From a virus (Duplodnaviria > Caudoviricetes), in IMG/VR virus record IMGVR_UViG_3300015050_000576, positions 3,308-67,307 of that record: a stretch of DNA of 64,000 bases. One strand, 5' to 3'. The notes beneath the pieces are model-generated. The model was not told the DNA's origin and made no database searches. It saw only the letters and a list, made by a program, of their open reading frames with translations. Shown one piece after another: positions 55,299 through 64,000 of the stretch. A program made the translations under genes and the position numbers. How positions within the stretch are numbered: the first letter of the stretch is position 1; every line of letters starts with the position of its first letter.

Positions 55299-55722
55299 AT
55301 GGCATGACCCGAGAAGTGATCGAGGCGGGGCTTTCCGCGCTGTGGACATGGGATACCGCGCCCCGTGATGACGAATGCGCGGTGGCTGCCCGGCGCCCTT
55401 CTCCTTCGGTCGATCATTCCCATATGCCGGGCTTCCTCACCTCCTCCACCGCCAAGATAACCATTGTCGGGAATACCCCGACGACGGGAGGGGTGGCGTG
55501 AACCAATCTCTGGTCAAGGCCGTGGCCTGTGCGCTTTGCGAGGTGCGCGGACACGACCCGGCACAAAAGGTTGTCGCCGGCTCCCCGTACCAGATCGACG
55601 GCAAGCAGTTTGCCGCGGTCAACTCGTTCTCCGAGCCGGTCCAGTTGTGGGAGCACTACCAGGCTGACGCCGAGGCGGCGATTAAGGCTGTTGCGTTGCA
55701 TATGGCTCCGGCCCGCGCCTGA
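55295..55722 (+). other. Two small ORFs (55295-55501, 55498-55722)
   Basis: Coupled stops and starts between the GT gene and terS. Confidence 0.45.
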
Positions 55723-56207
55723 TGCCCGTTCTCTCCAACCCAAAGCACGAGCGGTTCGCACAAGAACTGGCAAAGGGTAAAACTCAGGCCGAAGCATACC
55801 AAACGGCGGGTTACGCGGCCAGCGAAGCCAACGCATCCCGCCTGACAAGTAATGACAAGATTCAGGCCAGAGTTGCTGAGATTTTGGAGCGCGGTGCGAT
55901 TAGGGCTGAAGTCTCAGTGGCTTCCATCACCGAGCGCCTGATCCGGATATCCGAGAAGGCCGAAACCATTGGCGAGCCTGCTGGCCTTTCGGTCGCGCGC
56001 CAAGCCGCCATGGACGCCGCGAAACTCCATGGCCTGATTGTCGAAAAGAAGGAAACCGGGAAGCCGGGCGACTTCTCGCGGATGGATGAACATGAACTTG
56101 ATGCTTTCATCGCGGGAGAGAAAGCTACTCTTGGCGGAGGCGATAGCCGAGAAGCAGCGGCGGGTGGAAAAGCGGGAGTGCGAAGCAAGTCTAGCGGCCT
56201 TCATTAA
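55722..56207 (+). CDS. terS: Terminase small subunit
   Basis: MPVLSNPKHERFAQELAKGKTQAEAY..AGY...A..NASRL...I..R..E. Confidence 0.85.
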   Translation: MPVLSNPKHERFAQELAKGKTQAEAYQTAGYAASEANASRLTSNDKIQARVAEILERGAIRAEVSVASITERLIRISEKAETIGEPAGLSVARQAAMDAAKLHGLIVEKKETGKPGDFSRMDEHELDAFIAGEKATLGGGDSREAAAGGKAGVRSKSSGLH

Positions 56208-57717
56208 GTATGCGTGGCCTGTTCTGGAGCCTGGCCAGCCTTACATGCACGGATGGCATATCGATGCCATCTGCCAGCACATGGAGGCGGTTGAGCGGGG
56301 TGAGCTAACCCGGTTCCTGGCCAATGTTCCACCGGGTACGATGAAGTCGATGATCGTGTCGGTGTTCTTCAATGCGTGGGTTTGGGGGCCAAAAGGCAAG
56401 CCTCATGCCCGGTTTCTTGCTACATCGCACAATGAGCGGAATTCGACCCGGGATAATTTGAAGTGTCGGCGGCTGATTGAGTCTGACTGGTATCAAAAGC
56501 GCTGGGGCGACAAGGTAAAGCTAACCGGCGATCAGAACGCCAAGACCAAGTTTGAGAACACGGCGACTGGGTTTCGAGAGGCGGCGCCGTTTACGTCGAT
56601 GACGGGCGTTCGGGCCGACTACGTGATTCTGGACGATCCTATGTCGGTTGATGATGCCTTGTCGGACAAGACGCGGGATTCGATCAACCTGACCTTTCGG
56701 GAGGCGTTGCCGACCCGTTTGAACAACCCGGATAGTTCCGCGATCATCGTTATCATGCAGCGATTGCATGAGGACGACACAAGCGGGGTGATCCTGTCCG
56801 GCGACTTCGGCTACGAGCATCTTTGCCTTCCGATGCGGTTTGACCCGTCTCGCAAGTGCGAAACCTCAATAGGCTTTGAGGATCCGCGAACCGAGGAAGG
56901 CGAGTTGCTATTCCCCGAGCGCTTCCCTGAATGGGTGGTGCAGCGGGATGAGACGATCATGGGCCCCGTTGCGACCGCGGGCCAGATGCAGCAGATGCCG
57001 GTTCCTCGCGGCGGCTCTATCCTGAAACGGGATTACTGGCAGCTTTGGGAAGAAGAGAAATACCCGGCCTTTGAGTTTGTGCTGGCGAGCGCTGATACCG
57101 CCTACACGGAAAAGGAAGAGAACGACCCGACGGGCTTTACGATCTGGGGCGTGTTCCGGGAGGGCAAATACGGTTATCCGCGCGTCATGCTGATCTGGGC
57201 ATGGGCGAAACATTGCGAACTGCACGGCAAGCCACTGGAGCGGCTGCAGGGCGAAACCAAGAAAGCCTATGACGTCCGCAACATGAAGGCGGATGCCTGG
57301 GGCGTGGTGGAATGGATAGCCTATTCCTGCCGGCGCTATCAGGTTGACAAGCTCTTGATCGAAGCGAAGGCGTCAGGGCTTACCGTCGCTCAGGAGATGC
57401 AGCGGCTTTACAGGGAAGACGGCTGGTCGATTCAACTGGTCAAGCCGGTTGGGGATAAGGTTGCGAGGGCGCACGCTGTAGAGCCTTCCTTTGCGGCGGG
57501 GTTGATTTACGCGCCCGACACGGAATGGGCTGAGAAGGTGATTTCGCAGGCCGAGGTGTTTCCCAAGGGCAAGCACGACGATTTGGTCGACTCAAGCACC
57601 CAGGCCTTGCAGTTCTTGCGGCAGAACGGGCTGATTGCGCATAACTTTGAGGAAGATGCTGTCGATCGCGATGAGCGGTTGTTCAGGCCGGAGCCTAAAG
57701 CATTATATGACGTGTGA
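56086..57717 (+). CDS. terL: Terminase large subunit
   Basis: NVPPGTMKS Walker A, ILDDP Walker B, IMQRLHEDD, ADTA, IEAKASG, HDDLVDS nuclease motifs. Start may be 56086, 56092 or 56101. Confidence 0.92.
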   Translation: MNMNLMLSSRERKLLLAEAIAEKQRRVEKRECEASLAAFIKYAWPVLEPGQPYMHGWHIDAICQHMEAVERGELTRFLANVPPGTMKSMIVSVFFNAWVWGPKGKPHARFLATSHNERNSTRDNLKCRRLIESDWYQKRWGDKVKLTGDQNAKTKFENTATGFREAAPFTSMTGVRADYVILDDPMSVDDALSDKTRDSINLTFREALPTRLNNPDSSAIIVIMQRLHEDDTSGVILSGDFGYEHLCLPMRFDPSRKCETSIGFEDPRTEEGELLFPERFPEWVVQRDETIMGPVATAGQMQQMPVPRGGSILKRDYWQLWEEEKYPAFEFVLASADTAYTEKEENDPTGFTIWGVFREGKYGYPRVMLIWAWAKHCELHGKPLERLQGETKKAYDVRNMKADAWGVVEWIAYSCRRYQVDKLLIEAKASGLTVAQEMQRLYREDGWSIQLVKPVGDKVARAHAVEPSFAAGLIYAPDTEWAEKVISQAEVFPKGKHDDLVDSSTQALQFLRQNGLIAHNFEEDAVDRDERLFRPEPKALYDV

Positions 57718-57733
57718 AACGGGGGTGGGTCAC

Positions 57734-59001
57734 ATGAGCTTTACCGATTCTCTACAAGACATAGTTCGGACCACGCCTGACCATTTGCTCGTGGCTCTTG
57801 TGATGAAACTCACGGGCGGCTCTGCCAACCCGCATGTGATTAGGGCCCAGATCAAAAACTGGCGAGATGAAATCCGAGCCCCGACCGCGCCAATTCCAGA
57901 GTAGCCGAAGGCGCTGTATGATGTTTGAGGGATGAGCAATGAAAGAGCAAGAATACACGGTAGGCGAATTGATTGACGCCTTGGCTGCTTTGGCTCCGAG
58001 AGGGTCGAAAGTCAAACTTGAAGACGCAGACACATCATGGACGATCCCGAAGTTCAGTCTCCATTACGACGTAAAGGGTGATGTTCTCTGGATTAGCCCA
58101 TGTGAGTACAGCGAGATGAACAACGATTAGCCGCTCCTGACCGGGCGGCTTTTTCTATGGAGCTACCGACGGTAAGGCACTCCGATCGTTCAGCGTGGGG
58201 AACGGTTCAGCACAGAAAGCCATCCTGCGGGCTTACTGTCGGCGCTTGTCATGACGTTCAAGGATGGCGGCCCACGCGAAATTCGGATGAAGGAGGATGA
58301 GATGAGAGAAGTAAGGATAACCTGCGATCAATGTGGCGATGCCTTCGCAGACAACACACCAGCTGCCGGCGTTACGGGTGTTTGCGCCAAGATTGGCGGC
58401 AATGGAGCGGCTGAAAGCCATTTCGGGCCGGCTGATCTTTGCCGAGTTTGCTACAGCGAGGTGCATTTAGCGCTCAAGCTGGCTTTCCAGCGGGCGCCAA
58501 ACGGCGCCGAGACCCCGATCAAACGAGCAGCCGCATGACCGCGCAAACCCTCTCCCTCAACGCCCGCCAGTGGCGCGTCCTGATGAACGACCATCTGGAA
58601 GTGCTGAAGGCTGGCGTGGCCGCGGCTGAAACCCTGGATGAAAAAGGGCTGAAGGAAGTTATGCGCTTGCTCGATCAGGTCCGCCTGATGGCCAGCGCAT
58701 GGTATCAGAACAGCCCTGCGCCGGCCGCTGAAGCGGTTGCGCCCGAACCGCAGGCAGAGCAGCCCGTGGAACAGCAGGCCAATGGCGCGGCTCCCAAGCG
58801 CGGCGGTTGGCCGAAAGGCAAGCCGAGGAAGCGCATGAACCCGGCGGGGGCGGTGCAGTGATGATATTCGCCAAAGTCTTTGTGCTTTCATTCGCGCTCT
58901 GGTTCGCAATCATTTGGCTTGCGATCAGCGCCGTTACGGCTGCGTCGACCAAGAGCCCAATCACCAATTGCCTCACGTCGATCTACATGGATTGTCGCTA
59001 G
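57734..59001 (+). other. Small ORFs between terL and portal (57734-57904, 57939-58130, ~58290-58538, 58535-58861, ~58861-59001)
   Basis: Plus-strand ORFs; one has two CxxC pairs. Confidence 0.5.
58129..58155 (+). terminator. Intrinsic terminator in the late operon
   Basis: AGCCGCTC-CTGACC-GGGCGGCT then TTTTC. Confidence 0.7.
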
Positions 59002-59007
59002 CGCCTC

Positions 59008-61635
59008 ATGCCCGCATCCCCGTTCGCAGCATCCGTCCTTCCGTTTGTTAAACCGGAGGACGAGGAACTGCGCCTTGATCCCGTCGAAGTGGACCTTGCC
59101 TCTGGCGATGACGTCTCATTCGAGAACGGGGCCAAAAAGACCGAACTGCCTGACGGCTCAGTCGAGATTGACCTGAGCGGCGGGACAAGCGGAAAGGCCA
59201 AGTCCGACAAGTTCAACGCCAACCTCGCCGACGAAATGGACGAGGCTGAACTGAACAAGATCAGTTCCGAAATCCTGGAGGGCATCGACCGGGACAACCA
59301 ATCCCGTCAAGACCATCTGACCATGATTGCCGAGGGCATGAAGCTGCTCGGTCTGGTCATTGAAAGCAACAACGCCAGCGCGGCGACGTCATCGGCTCCG
59401 CTTGAGGGCATGTCGACCGTTCGGCATCCGCTGTTACTCGAAGCCTGCCAGCTATTCCAGGCCAACGCCATGGGCGAGCTATTGCCCGCGGCTGGTCCGG
59501 TCAAGGTACGAGACGACCGCCCTGAGAAGCCCAAGGGCGTTGACGGCATGATGGGCCATAATGGCGGGCCGCCCTTAGACAATCCTTTCACCCCTCCCGT
59601 TCCTCCTTCGCCGGGTGCGGGCGCCTCATCCCCACCGCCACCTGGCTTAGGCGCTCCCGGCGCTGGCGCTCCTACCGGCGCCGGGATGCAGCCTGCTCCT
59701 CTGCCTCCGGGCCCGATGCCGCCTGTAGCGCCGCCTATGCCCGGCTCAGACCCGGGCATGTCGTCCATGGCTGGCGCGCCGGCTGTTCCTCCGCCGCCCA
59801 TGGCCGCTCCGCCGATTGCCCCGCCCGAGCCGATCGTAGAACAGCGCGACAACCTCGCCAACGCGCTCGAAAAGGACTTCAACCATTACCTGACCTCAAC
59901 TGCCAAGGAATACGTTCCCGATACCGACCAGATGCTGTTCAAGGTCGGCTTTGGCGGCCTCGGCATCAAGAAGGTCTATAACTGCCCGCTGCGCCGCCGG
60001 CCGGTTTCGGAATCGGTCGACATCGAGGACTTCATTGTCTCGAACGCGCTGACCGACCTGAGCAACGCAGGACGCATCACGCATCGGATCAAGATGCGGC
60101 CTTCCACCCTGAAGCGCATGCAAATCCTCGGGGTGTATCGCGATGTGCCGATCGGGCAGCCGACGGCTCAGGCTGATTCGCCGAACGCGGTTGACCAGGC
60201 CAAGGCCGAAGTCGCTGGCGTTCAGCCGCAAGTGGCGGATCCCCGTGACGCGGATCATGAGCTTTACGAATGCTATTGCGAATTGGATCTGGACCAATAC
60301 GCCCCGAAGAAGTTCAAGGGCAAAGGACTGCCGCTTCCGTTCAAGGTTACAATTGAAAAGGAGAGCGAGAAGGTATTGGAGATCCGACGCAATTGGCGTG
60401 AGGATGACGAGGAATGCATGGCGAAGGAATACTTCGTCGACTTCCCGTATATGCGCGCGTTCGGCTTCTATTGCATTGGGTTGCTGCATCTTCTAGGCAA
60501 TACGACCAAGGCATTGACGGCGCTGTGGCGTGAGTTCATTGACGCCGGCATGTTCGCCAATTTCCCGGGCTTCCTGTATCTCAAGGGCGCCGGACGGCAA
60601 TTGACCAATCAATTCCGGGTCGCGCCTGGTTCGGGTGTGGGGCTGGATTCGAGCGTTACCGATATCCGTCAAGCCGTCATGCCATTGCCCTACAAATCCC
60701 CGGATGCGGGCTTTGTGCAATTCGTGTCGCATGTTGAGGAATTGGGCCAGCGTCTCGGTGGAACAGCCAACCAGCCGACGGCGGAAGGCCGCGGCGATGC
60801 GCCGGTCGGCACCACGCTGGCGCTGATCGAGCAGGCTTCCAAACCCGTAGGCGCGGTCAACAAGCGGCTGCACAACGCGCAGGCCCGTGAGTTCGCCCTG
60901 CTCAAGGAGCGCTTCAAGGACGACCCCGAGGCGTTCTGGCGGTTCAACAAGCGGCCAACTCTGCCTTGGGTGAAAGAGCAGTTCATTGCTGCGCTGAATG
61001 ACTACGATTTGGTCCCGGTATCGGATCCGAACAACCCGACGAAGCTGCACCGGCAGGCCAAGGCGGAGGCGTACAAGCAAGTCGTGGCAATGGCGCCGAC
61101 CTTGTTCAATCTCAAGAAGTCCACGCTGAAATACGCCGACGACATGGAAATCACCGGGGTTGAGGAAACCATGATCCCGGGCGATGCGCCGCCGCCCCAG
61201 ACGGATCCTGCGGAAGCTGCCAAGATGGCGGACATCCAGCAGAAGAACGAGAAGGCCAAGATCGACGCGGCAAGCAAAGCCGATGCGTCCAAGGCCCGGA
61301 TTGAAGAGCAGGCCATGGAAATGGCTGACCGGAAGGCCGATCGCGAATCCAGGGAGCGCATTGCGGAGCTTACGTTCAAGACCGAACAAATCAGGGCGGC
61401 TGCGAGCATTGCGGTTCACGCCGACAAGTCCGAATCTGCCGAGCGCACGCTAACCATGAAGCTGCTTTCAGAACATGCAGGCAAGGCTCACGCCATGGCG
61501 CATGAACTAGACAAGCTGGAAGCCGCGCAAGGGCATCAATCCGCGGAAGGCCAGACGCAGCACGAGCGGGCGAAGGAACTGGCGGAGCATAATGCGAAGC
61601 TGGCGCCGAAGAAGGACAAGGGGAAAGAGGGATGA
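59008..61635 (+). CDS. Portal protein with a Pro-rich insertion
   Basis: FNANLA......L..I...I......D..SR; HPLL.EA...FQA.A..ELLP..GPVK; G...KKVY; HRI; ...P.SDPN; position after terL. Confidence 0.85.
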   Translation: MPASPFAASVLPFVKPEDEELRLDPVEVDLASGDDVSFENGAKKTELPDGSVEIDLSGGTSGKAKSDKFNANLADEMDEAELNKISSEILEGIDRDNQSRQDHLTMIAEGMKLLGLVIESNNASAATSSAPLEGMSTVRHPLLLEACQLFQANAMGELLPAAGPVKVRDDRPEKPKGVDGMMGHNGGPPLDNPFTPPVPPSPGAGASSPPPPGLGAPGAGAPTGAGMQPAPLPPGPMPPVAPPMPGSDPGMSSMAGAPAVPPPPMAAPPIAPPEPIVEQRDNLANALEKDFNHYLTSTAKEYVPDTDQMLFKVGFGGLGIKKVYNCPLRRRPVSESVDIEDFIVSNALTDLSNAGRITHRIKMRPSTLKRMQILGVYRDVPIGQPTAQADSPNAVDQAKAEVAGVQPQVADPRDADHELYECYCELDLDQYAPKKFKGKGLPLPFKVTIEKESEKVLEIRRNWREDDEECMAKEYFVDFPYMRAFGFYCIGLLHLLGNTTKALTALWREFIDAGMFANFPGFLYLKGAGRQLTNQFRVAPGSGVGLDSSVTDIRQAVMPLPYKSPDAGFVQFVSHVEELGQRLGGTANQPTAEGRGDAPVGTTLALIEQASKPVGAVNKRLHNAQAREFALLKERFKDDPEAFWRFNKRPTLPWVKEQFIAALNDYDLVPVSDPNNPTKLHRQAKAEAYKQVVAMAPTLFNLKKSTLKYADDMEITGVEETMIPGDAPPPQTDPAEAAKMADIQQKNEKAKIDAASKADASKARIEEQAMEMADRKADRESRERIAELTFKTEQIRAAASIAVHADKSESAERTLTMKLLSEHAGKAHAMAHELDKLEAAQGHQSAEGQTQHERAKELAEHNAKLAPKKDKGKEG

Positions 61636-62208
61636 TTGAGAAAGTGACAGAGGCGATTCGTGTAGCAGAAAAGGCTTGGTGGGAATCCTCTAGCGAACCC
61701 ACCCTGTCTCTACAGGAGGCTCTAGCCAGAGCGGCAATGGCCGCAATGCGAGAGCCAAGCCATGCCATGTTCTTAGCTGGTCGCGATCTGGCGCTTTCCG
61801 GGAAGGAAGACGCACTCATGAATCGTGACAGCGTAAAGGAGCGGTGGCGCGTGATGGTCGACGCCGCACTTGAAGCGGCAGAAGCAAGGGAAATTGCAGC
61901 ATGAAACACCCCGACGAGAAGCAGGACAAGGCCCTGATCCGCTCCATGATGGTCCGGACCGACCCGTCCGTGAAGCAGTCCGAGATGGAGACGAGGGGCG
62001 AGCCGCTGGGCTGTGTTCCGATGTCCATCACCATGGGCAAGCCGATGGCGTATCGGCCGGCAAAGTCGGGGCCGAAGTGAGCAAGCCAGAAATCATTCTG
62101 GTGATCGCACTTCTCGCCGTCGGCTCGGTGCCGTTCATTTGGACCATCCGTGAAATGATGTCGCTCGACAAATTCATGCGAGAAATCAAAGAAAGGAACA
62201 TCCTTTGA
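61632..62208 (+). other. Small ORFs after portal (61632-61904, 61901-62080, 62077-62208)
   Basis: Coupled ORFs; the last has one TM segment. Confidence 0.5.
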
Positions 62209-62387
62209 AACACACAGGCGAATCCCAGAAACGCACCGCCGAAGTCAAGCGCCAGTACGGCAACTGCAAGGGCATGGCGAACGGGGGCAGGGTGAAATCC
62301 TATCCCGCAATGACCGCAGGCGCTGCCAGCGGGGTCGGCCGCATCGAAAAGGTGGAAAAGTACGGCGACAACGCGAAAAAGAAGTAA
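62205..62387 (+). CDS. Small basic head-module protein
   Basis: MANGGRV...MTAGAASGVGR.EK...YG. Confidence 0.6.
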   Translation: MKHTGESQKRTAEVKRQYGNCKGMANGGRVKSYPAMTAGAASGVGRIEKVEKYGDNAKKK

Positions 62388-62392
62388 CCGCC

Positions 62393-62602
62393 ATGAAGCG
62401 GGGATGGATCATGGCTCTCGCTGTCGCGCTCTCGGCGTGCGGCGAACAGAAGGCCGAGACGTCAATCTTTGACGACGCGGTAATTGTCAAGATATGCGCG
62501 GACGGTTCCCGGATATTCCGCCTGAATGATGGCAGGTTTATCGCTGGAGGCTGGGGCCAGCGCCTTGTTGAAGACCCTCAGACGGTTTGCGCCCCGAAAT
62601 GA
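62393..62602 (+). CDS. Small lipoprotein
   Basis: MKRGWIMALAVALSA|C lipobox. Confidence 0.7.
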   Translation: MKRGWIMALAVALSACGEQKAETSIFDDAVIVKICADGSRIFRLNDGRFIAGGWGQRLVEDPQTVCAPK

Positions 62603-62793
62603 TCATCGAATCCAAGCTAGTTGAACGCCTTACCGAGAAACTGGACGCGCAAGACGAGCGCGCCAAGGATGCTCTGGTCGACGGCAACCTGTCGGACTTC
62701 CCCTCCGTAAAAGAATGGCACGGTTACCGCCGCGCCATTGCCGCCTGCAAGATTCTACTCACCGAAACCTACGAAGACCTGATGAAGGAATAA
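62599..62793 (+). CDS. Small helical head-module protein
   Basis: L..G...DF......G...AI......L; conserved position before the GroES-like gene. Confidence 0.6.
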   Translation: MIIESKLVERLTEKLDAQDERAKDALVDGNLSDFPSVKEWHGYRRAIAACKILLTETYEDLMKE

Positions 62794-62796
62794 GGG

Positions 62797-63285
62797 ATGG
62801 CCACCAAGAAAACCTCTGAAGTCGCAAGGCTGGTAATGCCGAGCGCAAGTGACCTGAACGCGTTCGGGGCTCGCAAGTCCAAGATCGAAATGCTGGCCTC
62901 CGCCAAGGACCAGCGCGCCACCATGATGGAACTGGTTGGCGACCTCTCCGGCGTGAAGGTGATGGGCAACCGCGTGCTGGTCGGCATCTATATCGAGCCG
63001 GATCACAAGGGCGGGCTGTTCCTCGCCAAGGAGACGCTGAAGGAGAGCGTCTATCAGGGCACGGTCGGCCTCGTTATCAAGATGGGCTCGCAGGCCTTCA
63101 AGGACGATCCGGACAACAAGATCAGCTTCCACGGCGAATCCGCACAGATCGGCGACTACGTGGCCTTCCGTGCCGGCGATGCCAAGCGCTGCCAGATCAA
63201 CGGGCTGGACTGCCGTTTCGTGGAAGACACCCTAATTGATATGGTGGTGGCGGACCCGAATATCGTGACGCACGAGAAGATTTGA
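62797..63285 (+). CDS. GroES-like co-chaperonin
   Basis: G.RVLV......KGGLFL.......G.V...G..AF.D......GDYV.F..........G...RFV.D..I..VV.DP. Confidence 0.75.
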   Translation: MATKKTSEVARLVMPSASDLNAFGARKSKIEMLASAKDQRATMMELVGDLSGVKVMGNRVLVGIYIEPDHKGGLFLAKETLKESVYQGTVGLVIKMGSQAFKDDPDNKISFHGESAQIGDYVAFRAGDAKRCQINGLDCRFVEDTLIDMVVADPNIVTHEKI

Positions 63286-63315
63286 GGTATAGTTTCCGCT
63301 GATTTGGAGCGGGAT

Positions 63316-63910
63316 ATGCTGATAGGAAATCTTCAATTTGTTTTCTGGCCCAAATGGCATTGGGGCTGGATGGATATGCCGAAGCCGCTGCGCTCCGTTT
63401 ACGCCGACCACGTTTTTTGGGTCGGCCCATTGGAGATCAGGAGGTTTCGATAATGGGAAACGAAAACGACGGCGGCCCATATTCGCAAGAATGGTCGGTG
63501 GATCACAACCGGGAAGTTGACCGCAGGTTCGCGGCAATCAATGATCGCGACAAATGGATACGGGAAACGCGCAATTCAAAGCTCTCCCCGGATGAGTTAC
63601 GCCGAAAGGCGTTTCTGATGAGGCGGGACGGATGAGTATCATTATATCGAAGCTCAAGATAGGCGATGTAATTTACGACACCCAGACAGGCCGCAGCCTC
63701 GGCGTCGTATCTAGAAAATATCGGATGTGGGGCCAGACCCATTACGAATACGAGACTAAGCCGGGCACATTCGACAACACGTCGCGGCACGCCTTCACTG
63801 ATATCATCTTCGGCGCATTGAGCGATGTGCGTGACGAGCGCGCCCCAGCGGTAACCTTCTTTTTGGGCAAGAGTGAGCATCCCTGTAAAGCGGGATGGCC
63901 GCTCAAGTAG
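63316..63910 (+). other. Three small ORFs (63316-63453, 63453-63635, 63632-63910)
   Basis: Coupled plus-strand ORFs. Confidence 0.5.
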
Positions 63911-63938
63911 AATAGAACCGCAACTATCAAATCAGACC

Positions 63939-63966
63939 AAGCCGTCTCACCCGAGGCGGCTTTTTC
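63939..63966 (+). terminator. Intrinsic terminator in the late operon
   Basis: AAGCCGTCTC-ACCC-GAGGCGGCTT then TTTC. Confidence 0.7.
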
Positions 63967-63979
63967 ATTGGAGCAACGG

Positions 63980-64000
63980 ATGGCACTTAGAGCATTGAAA
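63980..64000 (+). CDS. Start of the next head gene (probably scaffold), truncated
   Basis: GGAG RBS then ATG GCA CTT AGA GCA TTG AAA; gene order portal to capsid. Confidence 0.45.

Noticed and set aside
56086-57717. Intein in terminase or helicase
   Set aside because: Lengths are ordinary and no C/S...HN splice-junction or LAGLIDADG blocks were seen.

Overview
The whole 64 kb window is a near-complete, circularly permuted genome of a temperate, short-tailed (P22/pelagiphage-style podovirus architecture) phage. The host is probably a Hyphomicrobiales/alphaproteobacterium, inferred from high GC and GcrA-like, DUF6456-like and OmpR/CtrA-like genes. No host genes are present and attP looks intact, so this is probably the free or excised form. 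The window opens inside the major capsid gene and closes at the start of the next head gene. Order: capsid end and head accessories (1-8 kb, including three large proteins with signal peptides); adaptors, fibres, nozzle and ejection proteins (9-26 kb); lysis (26-28 kb); nucleotide-metabolism and accessory genes (28-32.6 kb); leftward early operon with attP, int, xis, Sak-like recombinase and many small ORFs (32.7-44 kb); cI/cro switch with GTACGC-N3-GCGTAC operators (44-45.2 kb); rightward early and replication operon (45-54 kb); late promoter, terminase, portal and GroES-like gene (54-64 kb). Most notable: (1) three adjacent mini-genes resembling isolated domains of the alphaproteobacterial cell-cycle regulators GcrA, DnaA and CtrA; (2) three signal-peptide fibre/depolymerase-like proteins in the virion module; (3) antisense, apparently leaderless micro-ORF morons missed or mis-started by the ORF track; (4) a recurring xxGGxV-type motif in ejection and small basic proteins; (5) a lambda pR'/tR'-like late promoter with a candidate Q/GafZ-like antiterminator; (6) a probable AUA start codon. 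All family assignments are from motif recognition by eye; no database search was run.
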